DNA from: Clostridia bacterium
GTDB taxonomy: Bacteria; Bacillota; Clostridia; UMGS1810
Direction of reading: 5' to 3'
NCBI GenBank assembly: GCA_045592485.1
Contig: JAZNUS010000037.1
Coordinates: 133-64,132, forward strand
DNA length: 64,000 nucleotides
A model generated the notes under the pieces. The model had not been told where the DNA came from, did not search any database, and saw only the letters and a list, made by a program, of their open reading frames with translations. A program made the translations under genes and the position numbers. This document shows positions 30,068-39,753 of this stretch, piece after piece. Each line of letters starts with the position of its first letter. Positions within the stretch are counted from its first letter, which is position 1.

Positions 30068-31000
30068 TTACAGTTTTTCACAAATTCTGAGCTTTGCACT
30101 TTTGGAGCGCTTGTTAAATTCCGTTTCTTCGTCGGACGGAAGTATGGGTTTTGTTGTTATTACCTTTCCTCTTGGCTTGTTACCGCAAACGCAAATCGGA
30201 AAATCCTTTGGACATGTGCACCCTTTTGCAAAGGATGCAAAGGTCTGTTTCACAATGCGGTCTTCGAGAGAATGGAAGGTTATGACGCAAAGTCTTCCAC
30301 CCGGACTCAGACAGTCAAAAAAATCGGTCAATGCGTTCTTTAAAGGTTCAAGCTCACTGTTTACCTCTATCCTGATTGCCTGAAAAACCCGTTTTGCAGG
30401 ATGGGATCCCTTTTGCCTGAGTTTTTCGGGGATTGCTTTTTTTATGATTTCAACCAGTTCAAGGGTTGTTTTAATCTCTTTTTCTTTCCTTTGTTCGCAA
30501 ATCAGGTCTGCAACCCTTTTTGAAAACCGCTCCTCTCCGTACTCATAAAAAATACGGGTGAGCTCTTCCTTTGAATATGTATTTATGACATCATATGCCG
30601 AAAAATCCGCCTCCCGGTCCATCCTCATGTCAAGAGGTGCATCTTCCATATAGGAAAAACCTCTTTCGGCACAATCAAGCTGATAGGATGACACTCCAAG
30701 GTCGATTACCGCACCATCTATGTGATCTATCTGAAGTTCTTCAAGAATTTCTTTTATAGCCGAAAAATTATTGTGAACATAACGGACATTATTAAAATCC
30801 TTCAGGCGATTGCCTGCCGCCTTCAAAGCGTCGGTGTCTCTGTCGATGCCAATGAGAAGTCCTTTGTCTGACATTTTCGAGAGTATTTCATAGCTGTGAC
30901 CGCCACCGCCCAGAGTTCCGTCGGCATATATTCCGTCCGGCTTGATGCGCAGAGCATCTACGGATTCTTTTAGTAAAACCGAAATATGTTTAAATTCCAA
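30068..31000 (-). CDS. rsmH: 16S rRNA m4C1402 methyltransferase RsmH
   Basis: 310 aa with HISVLLKE...[13 protein letters not shown] start lies 7 nt after GGAGG. Confidence 0.93.
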   Translation of the reverse strand: MEFKHISVLLKESVDALRIKPDGIYADGTLGGGGHSYEILSKMSDKGLLIGIDRDTDALKAAGNRLKDFNNVRYVHNNFSAIKEILEELQIDHIDGAVIDLGVSSYQLDCAERGFSYMEDAPLDMRMDREADFSAYDVINTYSKEELTRIFYEYGEERFSKRVADLICEQRKEKEIKTTLELVEIIKKAIPEKLRQKGSHPAKRVFQAIRIEVNSELEPLKNALTDFFDCLSPGGRLCVITFHSLEDRIVKQTFASFAKGCTCPKDFPICVCGNKPRGKVITTKPILPSDEETEFNKRSKSAKLRICEKL

Positions 31001-31075
31001 AACAATGCCTCCAGACCTGCGTCACCGAATTTTTGCCGTTCTGAGCAGGTTCGGACCTTTCCGCAGTTGATTTTG

Positions 31076-31507
31076 TCATATCATAATACCAAGCTCACAA
31101 AGGCTTTCTGCAATTTCATCGGTGTCTATGCTGTTCATATATTCGTTCCAGTTAGCCGTGCTCCAGATTTCAACCTTGTTGCCGTTACCGATGATGGTAA
31201 CATCCTTTTCAAGTGATGCATAGTCCTTTAAGGGTTGAGTAATAAGTATTCTTCCCTGCTTGTCCGCTTCACACTCGATGGCACCTGCAAGAAAAAGTCT
31301 TGCAAAGCCTCGTGAATTTTTGTTGGCAAGGGGAAGTGTGCTGAGCTTTTCATAGAACTTTTCCCATTCTTCACGGCTGAAAACAAGCAGATTTTTGTCA
31401 AGACCTTTGGTTACAAAGAAGGTTTCACCAAGGCCTTCGCGAAGCTTTGACGGCATAATTACTCTGCCTTTGGCATCTAATGTATGCTGATATTCTCCAC
31501 TGAACAC
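31076..31507 (-). CDS. mraZ: Transcriptional regulator MraZ
   Basis: Two SpoVT/AbrB-like halves (DAKGRVIMP and DKQGRILI). GTG 31507 follows AAAGGAAG and gives the consensus-like N-terminus FSGEYQHTLD. Confidence 0.9.
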   Translation of the reverse strand: MFSGEYQHTLDAKGRVIMPSKLREGLGETFFVTKGLDKNLLVFSREEWEKFYEKLSTLPLANKNSRGFARLFLAGAIECEADKQGRILITQPLKDYASLEKDVTIIGNGNKVEIWSTANWNEYMNSIDTDEIAESLCELGIMI

Positions 31508-31545
31508 AAAAATCACTTCCTTTCACTGTAATTATTTGGGAAAAT

Positions 31546-31585
31546 CACCACTTTTACCCATTTCAAACCACTTTTCACCACTTTT
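31546..31585 (-). promoter_or_regulatory. Putative MraZ operator: four GTGG/TGGG boxes at exact 10-nt phasing
   Basis: The minus strand reads AAAAGTGGTG AAAAGTGGTT TGAAATGGGT AAAAGTGGTG, about 40 nt upstream of the mraZ start. Confidence 0.6.
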
Positions 31586-31632
31586 TTATGATTATAAACC
31601 ATTTTTGGGAATTTTGCAATAGTTTTTAGCAC

Positions 31633-31670
31633 AAAAAAAACGCCAAAATTTGCATATTTGGCGTTTTTTT
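31633..31670 (-). terminator. Bidirectional terminator after ftsY
   Basis: AAAAAAAACGCCAAA...TTTGGCGTTTTTTT. Confidence 0.8.
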
Positions 31671-31754
31671 GAAATTTCGTGAAAATTGCACAAAGAAATT
31701 CCATGTTTTTTATTCAATTTAACATGTAGTTTAAGGAGCGTTTCTGCCTTAATA

Positions 31755-33008
31755 CTACTCTGCAAACAAAGCTTTTGCAAAATCTTCAGATGAAAAATTC
31801 TGCAAATCGTCAATTCCCTCACCCACTCCCACAAGCTTTACAGGAATGTTTTGCTCGTGAGCAATGGCAAGGACAATGCCACCCTTGGCACTGCCGTCGA
31901 GCTTGGTCAATATAATTCCGCTGATCTGTGCAGATTCTGCAAAGAGTTTTGCCTGATTTACTGCATTCTGACCGGTTGTGGCATCGAGCACAAGAAGAGT
32001 TTCAACTGCTGAATCGGGAAGCTCGCGTTCAATTACACGGGAAATTTTGCTGAGCTCATCCATAAGATTCTTCTTGTTGTGAAGTCTTCCGGCAGTGTCG
32101 AGAATAATGCAGTCGGAGCCTCTTGATTTTGCCGCCGCAATAGTGTCGAATACAACGGAAGCAGGATCGGAGCCTTCCTGATGCTTTATTATTTCAACGC
32201 CGGAACGGTCTGCCCATATCTGAAGCTGATCAATGGCAGCTGCTCTGAATGTGTCTGCGGCACCAAGAATGACTTTCTTGCCGCTTTCCTTAAGTCTTGC
32301 GGCAAGCTTACCGATTGATGTGGTTTTACCAACACCGTTTACACCGATTACCATAATCACAGAGGGATTTGTGGAGATGTTAAGAGTGTTGTCATTTTTG
32401 CACAGAAGCTCTGATATAATCTCTTCAATAGATCCCTTGACATCTTCGGGTTCTGTAATTTTTTCTGATTTCACCTTGTCGCGGAGCCTTTCGATTATGT
32501 AGAGAGAAGTGTCAACGCCAACATCTGCCATGATGAGGGCTTCTTCAAGCTCTTCAAAAAGCTCTTCATCCACCTTCTGAAAGCTTTTGAGAACATTGTC
32601 TATTTTTGAATTGATTGAATCGCGGGTTTTGGAAAGACCATCCTTGAGTTTTGCAAAGAATCCTTTTTTGGGAGTTTGGACATCTTCGTCTGAATCAACT
32701 GCTTCATCTGTTGTTTCATCTACTGTGTCTTCTTCCGGAGGCTCTTCTGAGAGTTCCTCAAAGGGCTGCTCCTGCAAAAGCTCTTTGGTTGATTCCTCTT
32801 CCTCTTCAAACACCTCTTCTGCAGTTGTTTCGTCTGCAGTCTCTTCGACAGGTTCTTCAACCTTATGAGAGATAACTGAATCTTCAAAATCATCGGATGC
32901 TTCCGAGATTTCTTCTGCAGTATCGTCGATTAATTCTTCCCGAACAGCTTCTTCTTCGTTCTTAGCCGAAAATCCGAAAAGCTTTCCGAATTTCTTTTTA
33001 AGTCCCAT
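31755..33008 (-). CDS. ftsY: Signal recognition particle receptor FtsY
   Basis: Acidic N-terminal domain, then an NG domain with GVNGVGKTTSIGKLA, DTAGR and TKLDG. Confidence 0.95.
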   Translation of the reverse strand: MGLKKKFGKLFGFSAKNEEEAVREELIDDTAEEISEASDDFEDSVISHKVEEPVEETADETTAEEVFEEEEESTKELLQEQPFEELSEEPPEEDTVDETTDEAVDSDEDVQTPKKGFFAKLKDGLSKTRDSINSKIDNVLKSFQKVDEELFEELEEALIMADVGVDTSLYIIERLRDKVKSEKITEPEDVKGSIEEIISELLCKNDNTLNISTNPSVIMVIGVNGVGKTTSIGKLAARLKESGKKVILGAADTFRAAAIDQLQIWADRSGVEIIKHQEGSDPASVVFDTIAAAKSRGSDCIILDTAGRLHNKKNLMDELSKISRVIERELPDSAVETLLVLDATTGQNAVNQAKLFAESAQISGIILTKLDGSAKGGIVLAIAHEQNIPVKLVGVGEGIDDLQNFSSEDFAKALFAE

Positions 33009-36000
33009 TATTCATAATCCTCCAAATCTTCAAAATTCAGTTTCAAAAGCTTTGATACACCTTTTTCCTGCATTGTAACACCGTACATAATATCGGCAGC
33101 TTCCATTGTACCTCTACGATGGGTAACAACGATAAACTGAGTCTTACGGCTGTATTTCCTGATGTAGTCGGCAAAACGGTAAACATTGTTATCGTCAAGT
33201 GCAGCCTCAACCTCATCGAGAATACAGAAAGGCGTTGCCCTTACCTCAAGGACAGAGAACAAAAGTGCAATTGCGGAAAGTGCCCTCTCTCCTCCGGAAA
33301 GTGCCATCATGTTCTGAAGCTTTTTGCCCGGCGGCTGAACTTCTATGTCAATTCCGCTCTCTAAGATGTTGTCGGGGTCAGTGAGAGAAAGCTTTCCTGT
33401 ACCACCGCCAAAAAGTGCCTTGAATACAACATCAAAATGGTTTCGTATGATTTCAAAGGTTTCGCGGAACTGCTGAGTCATAATAGACTGCATATCCCTG
33501 ATAATACCTTCGAGCTTGGCTTTCGTTTCATCAAGGTCCTGTTTTTGTGCAGAAAGAAAGTCAAAACGCTCTTTAACTTCTTTATACTGCTCAATAGAGT
33601 CAATATTGATGTTTCCCAGAGCTTTAATCTGAGCACGCAGGGATGCCGCTTCCTTCTGGGATTCGGTCATATTGAAATCTTCTCTTTTATACTCAAGAGC
33701 AGCATTATAGGTAAGCTCATATTCATCCCAAAGCTTTGCCGTTACATGCTCTGTTTCAAGCTCAAGCTTAGAATTCTGATTTTCAATTCTGGACACCTCA
33801 AGCTGAAGAACATATATGGTTTCATTCTGATCCTTCAGCCCCCTCTGACCTTCAACAAGCTTCTGAGAGGCTTTGTCGTAGGCTTCGGTGTTGTCGGAAA
33901 TAACCTTCGAAAGCTCTTCGCTGTTGCGATTTGCCATATTAATCTGATTTTTAATCTGTTCGATTTCAGCCTCTATTGCAGTGTTTTCATCAATGAGCTT
34001 TTGTTTTTCTTCGCCTTTTTCAATGCCTGCCATTGCAGAACCTTGCTTTTCGGCATTAAGAGTTTCAATGCGTTCTCTGGAAACTGCAATATCCTTTTCT
34101 ATGTTGGCAAAATTAATTTTGTCTTCTGTAGCAGAATCGGAGAAATTTTGTCTGCGTTCTGCAAGTGTGGCGCCCTCTGCCTGTACGGCTTCAAGCTCTT
34201 TTTTTACACCGTTGCCGGCTTCTTCGTTTTCTCTGATTTTTGCACGGCATGCATCTTTTTGCTTTTCAACATCTTCAATTTCTCCGAGAACGGAACCGCT
34301 TTCATTTGTAATGAGGCTTATGTTTCTTTCAAGCTCTCTGAGAATACGGGTGTTGTTTTCGATGGAGGAATTGATTTTTATCAGCTCACGGTCACAGTCT
34401 GCAACTTTGGAATCAAGGCTTTCCTTTTGTTCAGCCATTTTCCTGATTTTCATGCGATAGGAGTTAATCTTATCGTCGTTATCATCAATGACCTTAGTAA
34501 GCTTTTCTATTTTTTCCGTCAGCTCCTCAATATCCTTGCTTCTGCTGAGCAGGCTCTGAGTTTTGTTTACACTTCCACCGGTGAGAGAACCGCCGGGATT
34601 AATAAGCTGACCGTCGAGAGTGACAATTTTATATTTATAGCCTGTCTTTTTTGCAAGAGCCACAGCGTTGTCAATGTTGTCCATAACAACAGTGCGTCCG
34701 ATGAGGCTTTTGAATATGCCGTCATAACGGGCTTCATAGCCTATAAGCTCGGAAGCTATGCCTACATAGCCCCTTTCTTTTTTGGGGGCATCATTTAAAA
34801 CATTGCCCTTAACAGAAGTAAGAGGAAGGAAGGTTGCACGGCCAAGCCTGTTTTCTTTAAGATAGGCAATGGATTTTTTGGCTGTATCCTCATTGTCAAC
34901 TACAATGTTCTGAAGTGCGCCGCCCAGGGCAATTTCAATTGCAGTAACATATTTGTTGTCAACATCAATGAGCTTTGAAACAACACCGCAAACATTTTTA
35001 ATTCCGCTTGTAAGAATGTTTTTAACGCTTTTTGCATAGCCCTCGTAGCCCCTTTCAAGGTCTTCGAGAACACTTTTCCTTGACTGAAGGTCATTACACT
35101 CGGCAACGACCTTGTTTTGTTCTTCCTTTGCTTTGTTCATATCCTCTGTCAAAGCAAAATACTCTGTTTTAAGCTTTTCAAGACCGTCGATTGCCTTGAG
35201 TCTGTCGGAAGTTACAGTTTCCTTATCTTCAGCCAGGTTGACACTGTCTGATTTTGCTTTTTCCAGTGCTTCGTTTTTCACATTGAGATCATCAATCAGT
35301 GTTGCTTTTCTTTCATCAAAGTTTTTAAGAAGCACATCGAGGCTGGAAATTTTGGCCTTAAGAGCAGAACTGTCGTTGAGATATGCAACTATTTTTTCCT
35401 TAAGCTCTTCGCTTTCAGCAAGCTTTGCGGCAATTTCACCGTCAAGCTTTGCCATTGCTCCGTCATGATTTGTGACCTTCTCTTCAAGGAAGGTTTTTTC
35501 ATCAAGCTTCTGAGCAATGAAGGCTTCAAGGCGTTTAACCTCAGAATCGCCATCGGTTATCTTTTCTCCGAGGGCTTTCAGCTCTTCGTCTATTCGCTCA
35601 CAGTTGTGCAAATTGTTTTCTATGTTGTTTTTAAGTATATCAATGCGGTGAGAAAGGCTTCCGCTGTTTTTTTCTATGTCGAAATTCTGTTGACGAAGCT
35701 CCGTAATTTTTTCGTTCAGCTCTGCAATGCTTGCAGTTTCTTTTTCAATGAGACTTTCTATCTCAGCAAGCTTTTGCTTTTCGGCATTAAGCTGATTGAA
35801 GGCAACGGTAAATTTTTGCTGACCCTCCTTGAGCGCCTGCTTCTGCTTGTCGATGTTGCGGATGGAAATGTTGATATCGAGACCCTTGAGAACTTCACGA
35901 AGGTCAAGATATTTTCGTGCTTTTTTTGACTGATTTTCCAATGGGCCTACCTGGGATTCCAACTCGGATAATAGGTCTTTTATTCTGACAAGATTTTCGT

Positions 36001-36553
36001 CGGTCTGCAAAAGCTTCTTTTCGGATTCCGCCTTGCGGTAGCGGTATTTGGTTATACCGGAGGCTTCTTCAAAGATGTTTCGTCTCTCTTCTGCCTTGTT
36101 TGACAAAATCTGGTCAATCTTACCCTGACCGATAACAGAATAGCCTTCCTTACCAAGACCTGTATCCATGAAAAGCTCGTGAATATCCTTGAGTCTGCAT
36201 TCCTTATCATTTATGAGATAATTACTTTCACCGCTGCGGTGAACACGGCGGGTAACCTTTACTGTGTCATAGTCTATTTTGAATATATTATCCTTGTTAT
36301 CCAGAACAATCGAAACCTGAGCAAAGCCGAGAGGGCTTCGTTTTTGCGTGCCCGCAAAGATGACATCTTCCATTTTGCCGCCACGAAGACTTTTGGCGCT
36401 CTGCTCACCCATAACCCAACGGATTGCATCGGAAATGTTACTTTTTCCGCTGCCGTTTGGTCCGACTATGGTGGTGATGCCCTGTCCGAATTCAAGATTA
36501 ATCTTGTCTGCAAAGGACTTGAATCCCTGCATTTCTATTCCTTTAAGATACAT
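33008..36553 (-). CDS. smc: Chromosome partition protein SMC
   Basis: 1181 aa with Walker A GPNGSGKSN, long coiled coils, a hinge, signature LSGGE and Walker B ILDEVEAALD. Confidence 0.97.
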   Translation of the reverse strand: MYLKGIEMQGFKSFADKINLEFGQGITTIVGPNGSGKSNISDAIRWVMGEQSAKSLRGGKMEDVIFAGTQKRSPLGFAQVSIVLDNKDNIFKIDYDTVKVTRRVHRSGESNYLINDKECRLKDIHELFMDTGLGKEGYSVIGQGKIDQILSNKAEERRNIFEEASGITKYRYRKAESEKKLLQTDENLVRIKDLLSELESQVGPLENQSKKARKYLDLREVLKGLDINISIRNIDKQKQALKEGQQKFTVAFNQLNAEKQKLAEIESLIEKETASIAELNEKITELRQQNFDIEKNSGSLSHRIDILKNNIENNLHNCERIDEELKALGEKITDGDSEVKRLEAFIAQKLDEKTFLEEKVTNHDGAMAKLDGEIAAKLAESEELKEKIVAYLNDSSALKAKISSLDVLLKNFDERKATLIDDLNVKNEALEKAKSDSVNLAEDKETVTSDRLKAIDGLEKLKTEYFALTEDMNKAKEEQNKVVAECNDLQSRKSVLEDLERGYEGYAKSVKNILTSGIKNVCGVVSKLIDVDNKYVTAIEIALGGALQNIVVDNEDTAKKSIAYLKENRLGRATFLPLTSVKGNVLNDAPKKERGYVGIASELIGYEARYDGIFKSLIGRTVVMDNIDNAVALAKKTGYKYKIVTLDGQLINPGGSLTGGSVNKTQSLLSRSKDIEELTEKIEKLTKVIDDNDDKINSYRMKIRKMAEQKESLDSKVADCDRELIKINSSIENNTRILRELERNISLITNESGSVLGEIEDVEKQKDACRAKIRENEEAGNGVKKELEAVQAEGATLAERRQNFSDSATEDKINFANIEKDIAVSRERIETLNAEKQGSAMAGIEKGEEKQKLIDENTAIEAEIEQIKNQINMANRNSEELSKVISDNTEAYDKASQKLVEGQRGLKDQNETIYVLQLEVSRIENQNSKLELETEHVTAKLWDEYELTYNAALEYKREDFNMTESQKEAASLRAQIKALGNINIDSIEQYKEVKERFDFLSAQKQDLDETKAKLEGIIRDMQSIMTQQFRETFEIIRNHFDVVFKALFGGGTGKLSLTDPDNILESGIDIEVQPPGKKLQNMMALSGGERALSAIALLFSVLEVRATPFCILDEVEAALDDNNVYRFADYIRKYSRKTQFIVVTHRRGTMEAADIMYGVTMQEKGVSKLLKLNFEDLEDYE

Positions 36554-36653
36554 TGATACACCTCAAACATTTCATCTGTACATATACCGTTTAATTGTAC
36601 CACATTATTGAACTTTTTTCAAGTACTAATGTTTTTTAAAATTATGCACTTTG

Positions 36654-36743
36654 TAAAAAAACAGAGTGCCGGGTGAGCCGACCTCCCAATTGTTAGATTT
36701 TTGGTCTAACTTTTGGGGGTCGGCTCAAAATCCGAGCACTCCG
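36654..36743 (-). terminator. Three-tier compound hairpin (about 80 nt) plus T-run, acting as terminator of the upstream gene
   Basis: Nested stems: AGTGCCGG/CCGaGCACT, GAGCCGACC/GGTCGGCTC (9 bp) and GTTAGA/TCTAAC. TCTGTTTTTTT follows on the minus strand. Confidence 0.6.
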
Positions 36744-36754
36744 TTTTAGTTTTC

Positions 36755-37705
36755 TTATTTTATTATCATTGCTTTAAGTTGCTCACTTGAATAACTGCCG
36801 TCACTGCTTACTCCAACATCCACAGAAACAACGCCGCCATGATCATTTACAGATTTTATATATTTTTTCATATACTCATTGTCATAGCGTGCATCCTTCA
36901 TTCCCCAGGTTGAACCAAGAGGGGCAAGAATGTGACTCTGAAGCCCCGATACAAACCGGCTTTCGGGAATGTATTCAAGTTCATTGAATTCACCGGAAGT
37001 ATATTCTTCATCGGAATAGCACCTGTACAGTTCTTTTTTGACGCCGTTATTGAAGGTGGTTATTGCATTGGGATTGCCTTTTTTTGCCGCCTGATAAAAA
37101 GGTTTTATCCATTCGTTGTTAAATCCGAAAAAGTCGTAGAAGCCGTCGAACCACCAGCCCTTGATTTTGTCGCCATAACGAATTGAGTATTCTTCAAGAA
37201 CCGCTGACCAGTTATCCACAAACCGCTGATTAAGTCGTTTTTCAAGCAAAACCTTGTTTTCATTGGGTTCTCTGTGGCAATATCGTCCGTCCACCAGTTT
37301 ATAGACATCATCTGTTTCATAATAAAATCCAAGTTTTTCGCCGTATTCACGGTCACAGTGAGGACCGTCGGAGGGGAAATACAGGTAGAGATCTATTCCA
37401 TATTTTGAAAGCTCTTCATAAAGCTCGGAAACTATATCCCTGTCGCCCGACACATCACTATCAAGGCAGCCTGCAATACTATTGTATGTTTTATTTGGTA
37501 CAAGAAGGTGCTTCGTGCCCTGACAAAGAGTTATGAAATAGTATCCGGCACCCATTTTGCGGAGCTGGTCGGATATTTTTTTCACATCGAATCTGCTAAT
37601 GGCATCTCCCCATGAAAGATTTTCACCTTTTGCAACATAGTTGTAGAGGTAGTGATTGAACACTCCCCATTTTTTCTCAAAAAGTCTGTCCGTTATGTGA
37701 TTCAT
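36755..37705 (-). CDS. Hypothetical TIM-barrel-like glycoside hydrolase (alpha-L-fucosidase-like?)
   Basis: 316 aa with WGVFNHY and GWWFDG-type motifs reminiscent of GH29-like folds. No signal peptide. This is a weak assignment. Confidence 0.3.
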   Translation of the reverse strand: MNHITDRLFEKKWGVFNHYLYNYVAKGENLSWGDAISRFDVKKISDQLRKMGAGYYFITLCQGTKHLLVPNKTYNSIAGCLDSDVSGDRDIVSELYEELSKYGIDLYLYFPSDGPHCDREYGEKLGFYYETDDVYKLVDGRYCHREPNENKVLLEKRLNQRFVDNWSAVLEEYSIRYGDKIKGWWFDGFYDFFGFNNEWIKPFYQAAKKGNPNAITTFNNGVKKELYRCYSDEEYTSGEFNELEYIPESRFVSGLQSHILAPLGSTWGMKDARYDNEYMKKYIKSVNDHGGVVSVDVGVSSDGSYSSEQLKAMIIK

Positions 37706-38511
37706 AGCCTTATCTCCTGTGTTCCGTCTTTGGTGACATAGTGCTCAATCACACCCATGTTATACATCCATTTTCTCTGATGCCATGTTCCCCAAAGCTC
37801 AGGCTCGTGTTCAATATCTTCCTCCTCCCACAGCCACTGGGGAGCGCACCACATACACGCCTTTGGTGCAATTGCCCTGTAAACCTCCTCGGTAACACCG
37901 CCGTGACCGTGGTGTGACATCTGGACAATGTCACTCGATAGCTTGTCACCGCACATTTCAAGAAGGTCTCTGCCTCCCTCGGGGCCAAGGTCGCCTAAAA
38001 AAAGTACACTTCTCATTCCCGGAGATGTGCATTTAAACACAATTGAGCTTTCATTCACCGCAAGGTTGGGCTTTGGCATATAGTACCTTTCCTCTCCGCA
38101 GAAAAGAAATTCAATAGTCAGCTCGTCTATGTGGATTTTCATTCCCGGCGATACAATGGTGCACTTATCGGAAAATTTTGGGAGAAGACGATTGAAATCT
38201 GTTATAACATGAGGGAGAATCTCTGTTGCACAGCCCACGGTAAATTCTTCGGAGGGAAAATTATAATAAACCCCTTCAATGCGGTGAGTTATTTCGTCTT
38301 TTTCAATTTCATCTACAAAGCCCTCAATATGGTCAACATGGGGATGGGTAAGAATCCAGGCAGAAATTTTTCTGTCACCGACAATTTCACGAAGATGTTC
38401 CATGTCAGATTTTCTTCCGCCGTCTATCACAACAGCATTGCCTGAATCTGTGACAAACACAAAAGACATCATAAAGGGGCTGTGCTCTGTAAGCATATAT
38501 AATTTTGCCAT
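37702..38511 (-). CDS. Metallo-beta-lactamase-fold hydrolase
   Basis: 269 aa with the HPHVDHIEG (HxHxDH) motif and a later MSHHGH. Confidence 0.75.
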   Translation of the reverse strand: MAKLYMLTEHSPFMMSFVFVTDSGNAVVIDGGRKSDMEHLREIVGDRKISAWILTHPHVDHIEGFVDEIEKDEITHRIEGVYYNFPSEEFTVGCATEILPHVITDFNRLLPKFSDKCTIVSPGMKIHIDELTIEFLFCGEERYYMPKPNLAVNESSIVFKCTSPGMRSVLFLGDLGPEGGRDLLEMCGDKLSSDIVQMSHHGHGGVTEEVYRAIAPKACMWCAPQWLWEEEDIEHEPELWGTWHQRKWMYNMGVIEHYVTKDGTQEIRL

Positions 38512-38523
38512 GGCTTCCTCCTT

Positions 38524-39651
38524 TTAATAACCATCAGGCGAATCAACACAGAAATGAAGCGGAAACCAGTTGAGATGGTTTTCGTCGGGGTTCATAACCG
38601 TGGTGAGAGAAAAAATCATTCTCTGAGCCTCCATATGAGTAAGCTGCAGGCAATCACCTTCAAAGGAATTATGCTTTTTGACAAAAGCCTTGCCCTCCGA
38701 AACTACAATTTCAAAGACTTCGGTATCAATTTCAAGAAAAAGTCGTCCGTCTTCGAGAGAAAAGCATAGGGATTTTAATTTGAAAAAAGCTGCAAGAACC
38801 TTTTCCCAGTTAAGAACATTAAGCATTTCAACATGGGACAGTGAAAAATCTTCACAGAGATTCATTAAAAAAGCATTTCTCTCCTTTTGCCAGGGAGCAA
38901 CTCTGATTTGAAGCCCGGAAACAGAATGTTTTTCAAAAAATGCCTTGAGTACAAGAGGATAGTCCTTTTCATCTCCGAGAACTACCTCCTCAAAATCACC
39001 ATACACATAGCCTATGGAATGATTGTCCTTATATATCATACGGCACGGCTTTGCCCATGTGTGAACAATGTCTGTAAATTCATCATCGGGACGCAGAGTG
39101 TGGAAAATTCTCTTTTCGTAAAGAGATTTTGCAAAAGCCACATCCTTTTCTTCAAGATTTTCAAAATCTACAGAGGATGTGTCCAGGTCGCCAAGGCAGT
39201 GACGGAGATTTGTTTCAGACACATTGTATAACTGCACTGCTCCTCCAAGCTCATAGCCAAAATATCCGTAGCGTTGTCTCTGGCCTCCGAGAACAAGGAT
39301 GTCCACTCCTCTTTTCAAAGCATCTTCCTTTGCCATCTGCATAAGCTGCTTCATGTGTCCTTCCCCTCTCGAATAAGGATGAACCGACACATTACCAATC
39401 ATGCCGTAGCGGACAATTTCACCGGCAACATTCACATCAATAATTCTTGTTGCAACAAGGGCTTTTATTTTGCCGTCACATTTGGCAAGATAATGAACTG
39501 CCCCAAGTTCTTTGGCGTTTTCACCATAAGATTTCGGCACAAGAGCTTTGAAATCGTGAGGAAACTTTGCCTGTGAAAAAACATAGTTTATGAAATCAAC
39601 AATTTCTTCTTTTTCTGAAACTGTTCCCAAGCAATACTCTGTCATAAACAA
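38524..39651 (-). CDS. GNAT N-acetyltransferase with C-terminal extension (Eis-like architecture)
   Basis: 375 aa with acetyl-CoA loop HPYSRGEGHMKQLM and an approximately 200-aa C-terminal domain. Confidence 0.55.
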   Translation of the reverse strand: MFMTEYCLGTVSEKEEIVDFINYVFSQAKFPHDFKALVPKSYGENAKELGAVHYLAKCDGKIKALVATRIIDVNVAGEIVRYGMIGNVSVHPYSRGEGHMKQLMQMAKEDALKRGVDILVLGGQRQRYGYFGYELGGAVQLYNVSETNLRHCLGDLDTSSVDFENLEEKDVAFAKSLYEKRIFHTLRPDDEFTDIVHTWAKPCRMIYKDNHSIGYVYGDFEEVVLGDEKDYPLVLKAFFEKHSVSGLQIRVAPWQKERNAFLMNLCEDFSLSHVEMLNVLNWEKVLAAFFKLKSLCFSLEDGRLFLEIDTEVFEIVVSEGKAFVKKHNSFEGDCLQLTHMEAQRMIFSLTTVMNPDENHLNWFPLHFCVDSPDGY

Positions 39652-39753
39652 CTCTCCTCTTCACAAAAAACTTAACAGACAATAATATATCACAACTCAA
39701 AATGTATGTAAATGCAATTACAGGCCACATTTATGTAATTTTGGTTCACAGCA

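Noticed and set aside
31513-31834. Two small minus-strand ORFs (63 and 80 aa) upstream of mraZ
   Set aside because: They cover the MraZ operator, the ftsY terminator and the ftsY 3' end. They are overlapping frames with no RBS.
33437-34798. 453-aa ORF on the plus strand
   Set aside because: It lies entirely antisense within smc. It is F/L/I/N/K-rich low-complexity sequence with no RBS. This is a typical shadow ORF of a coiled-coil gene.
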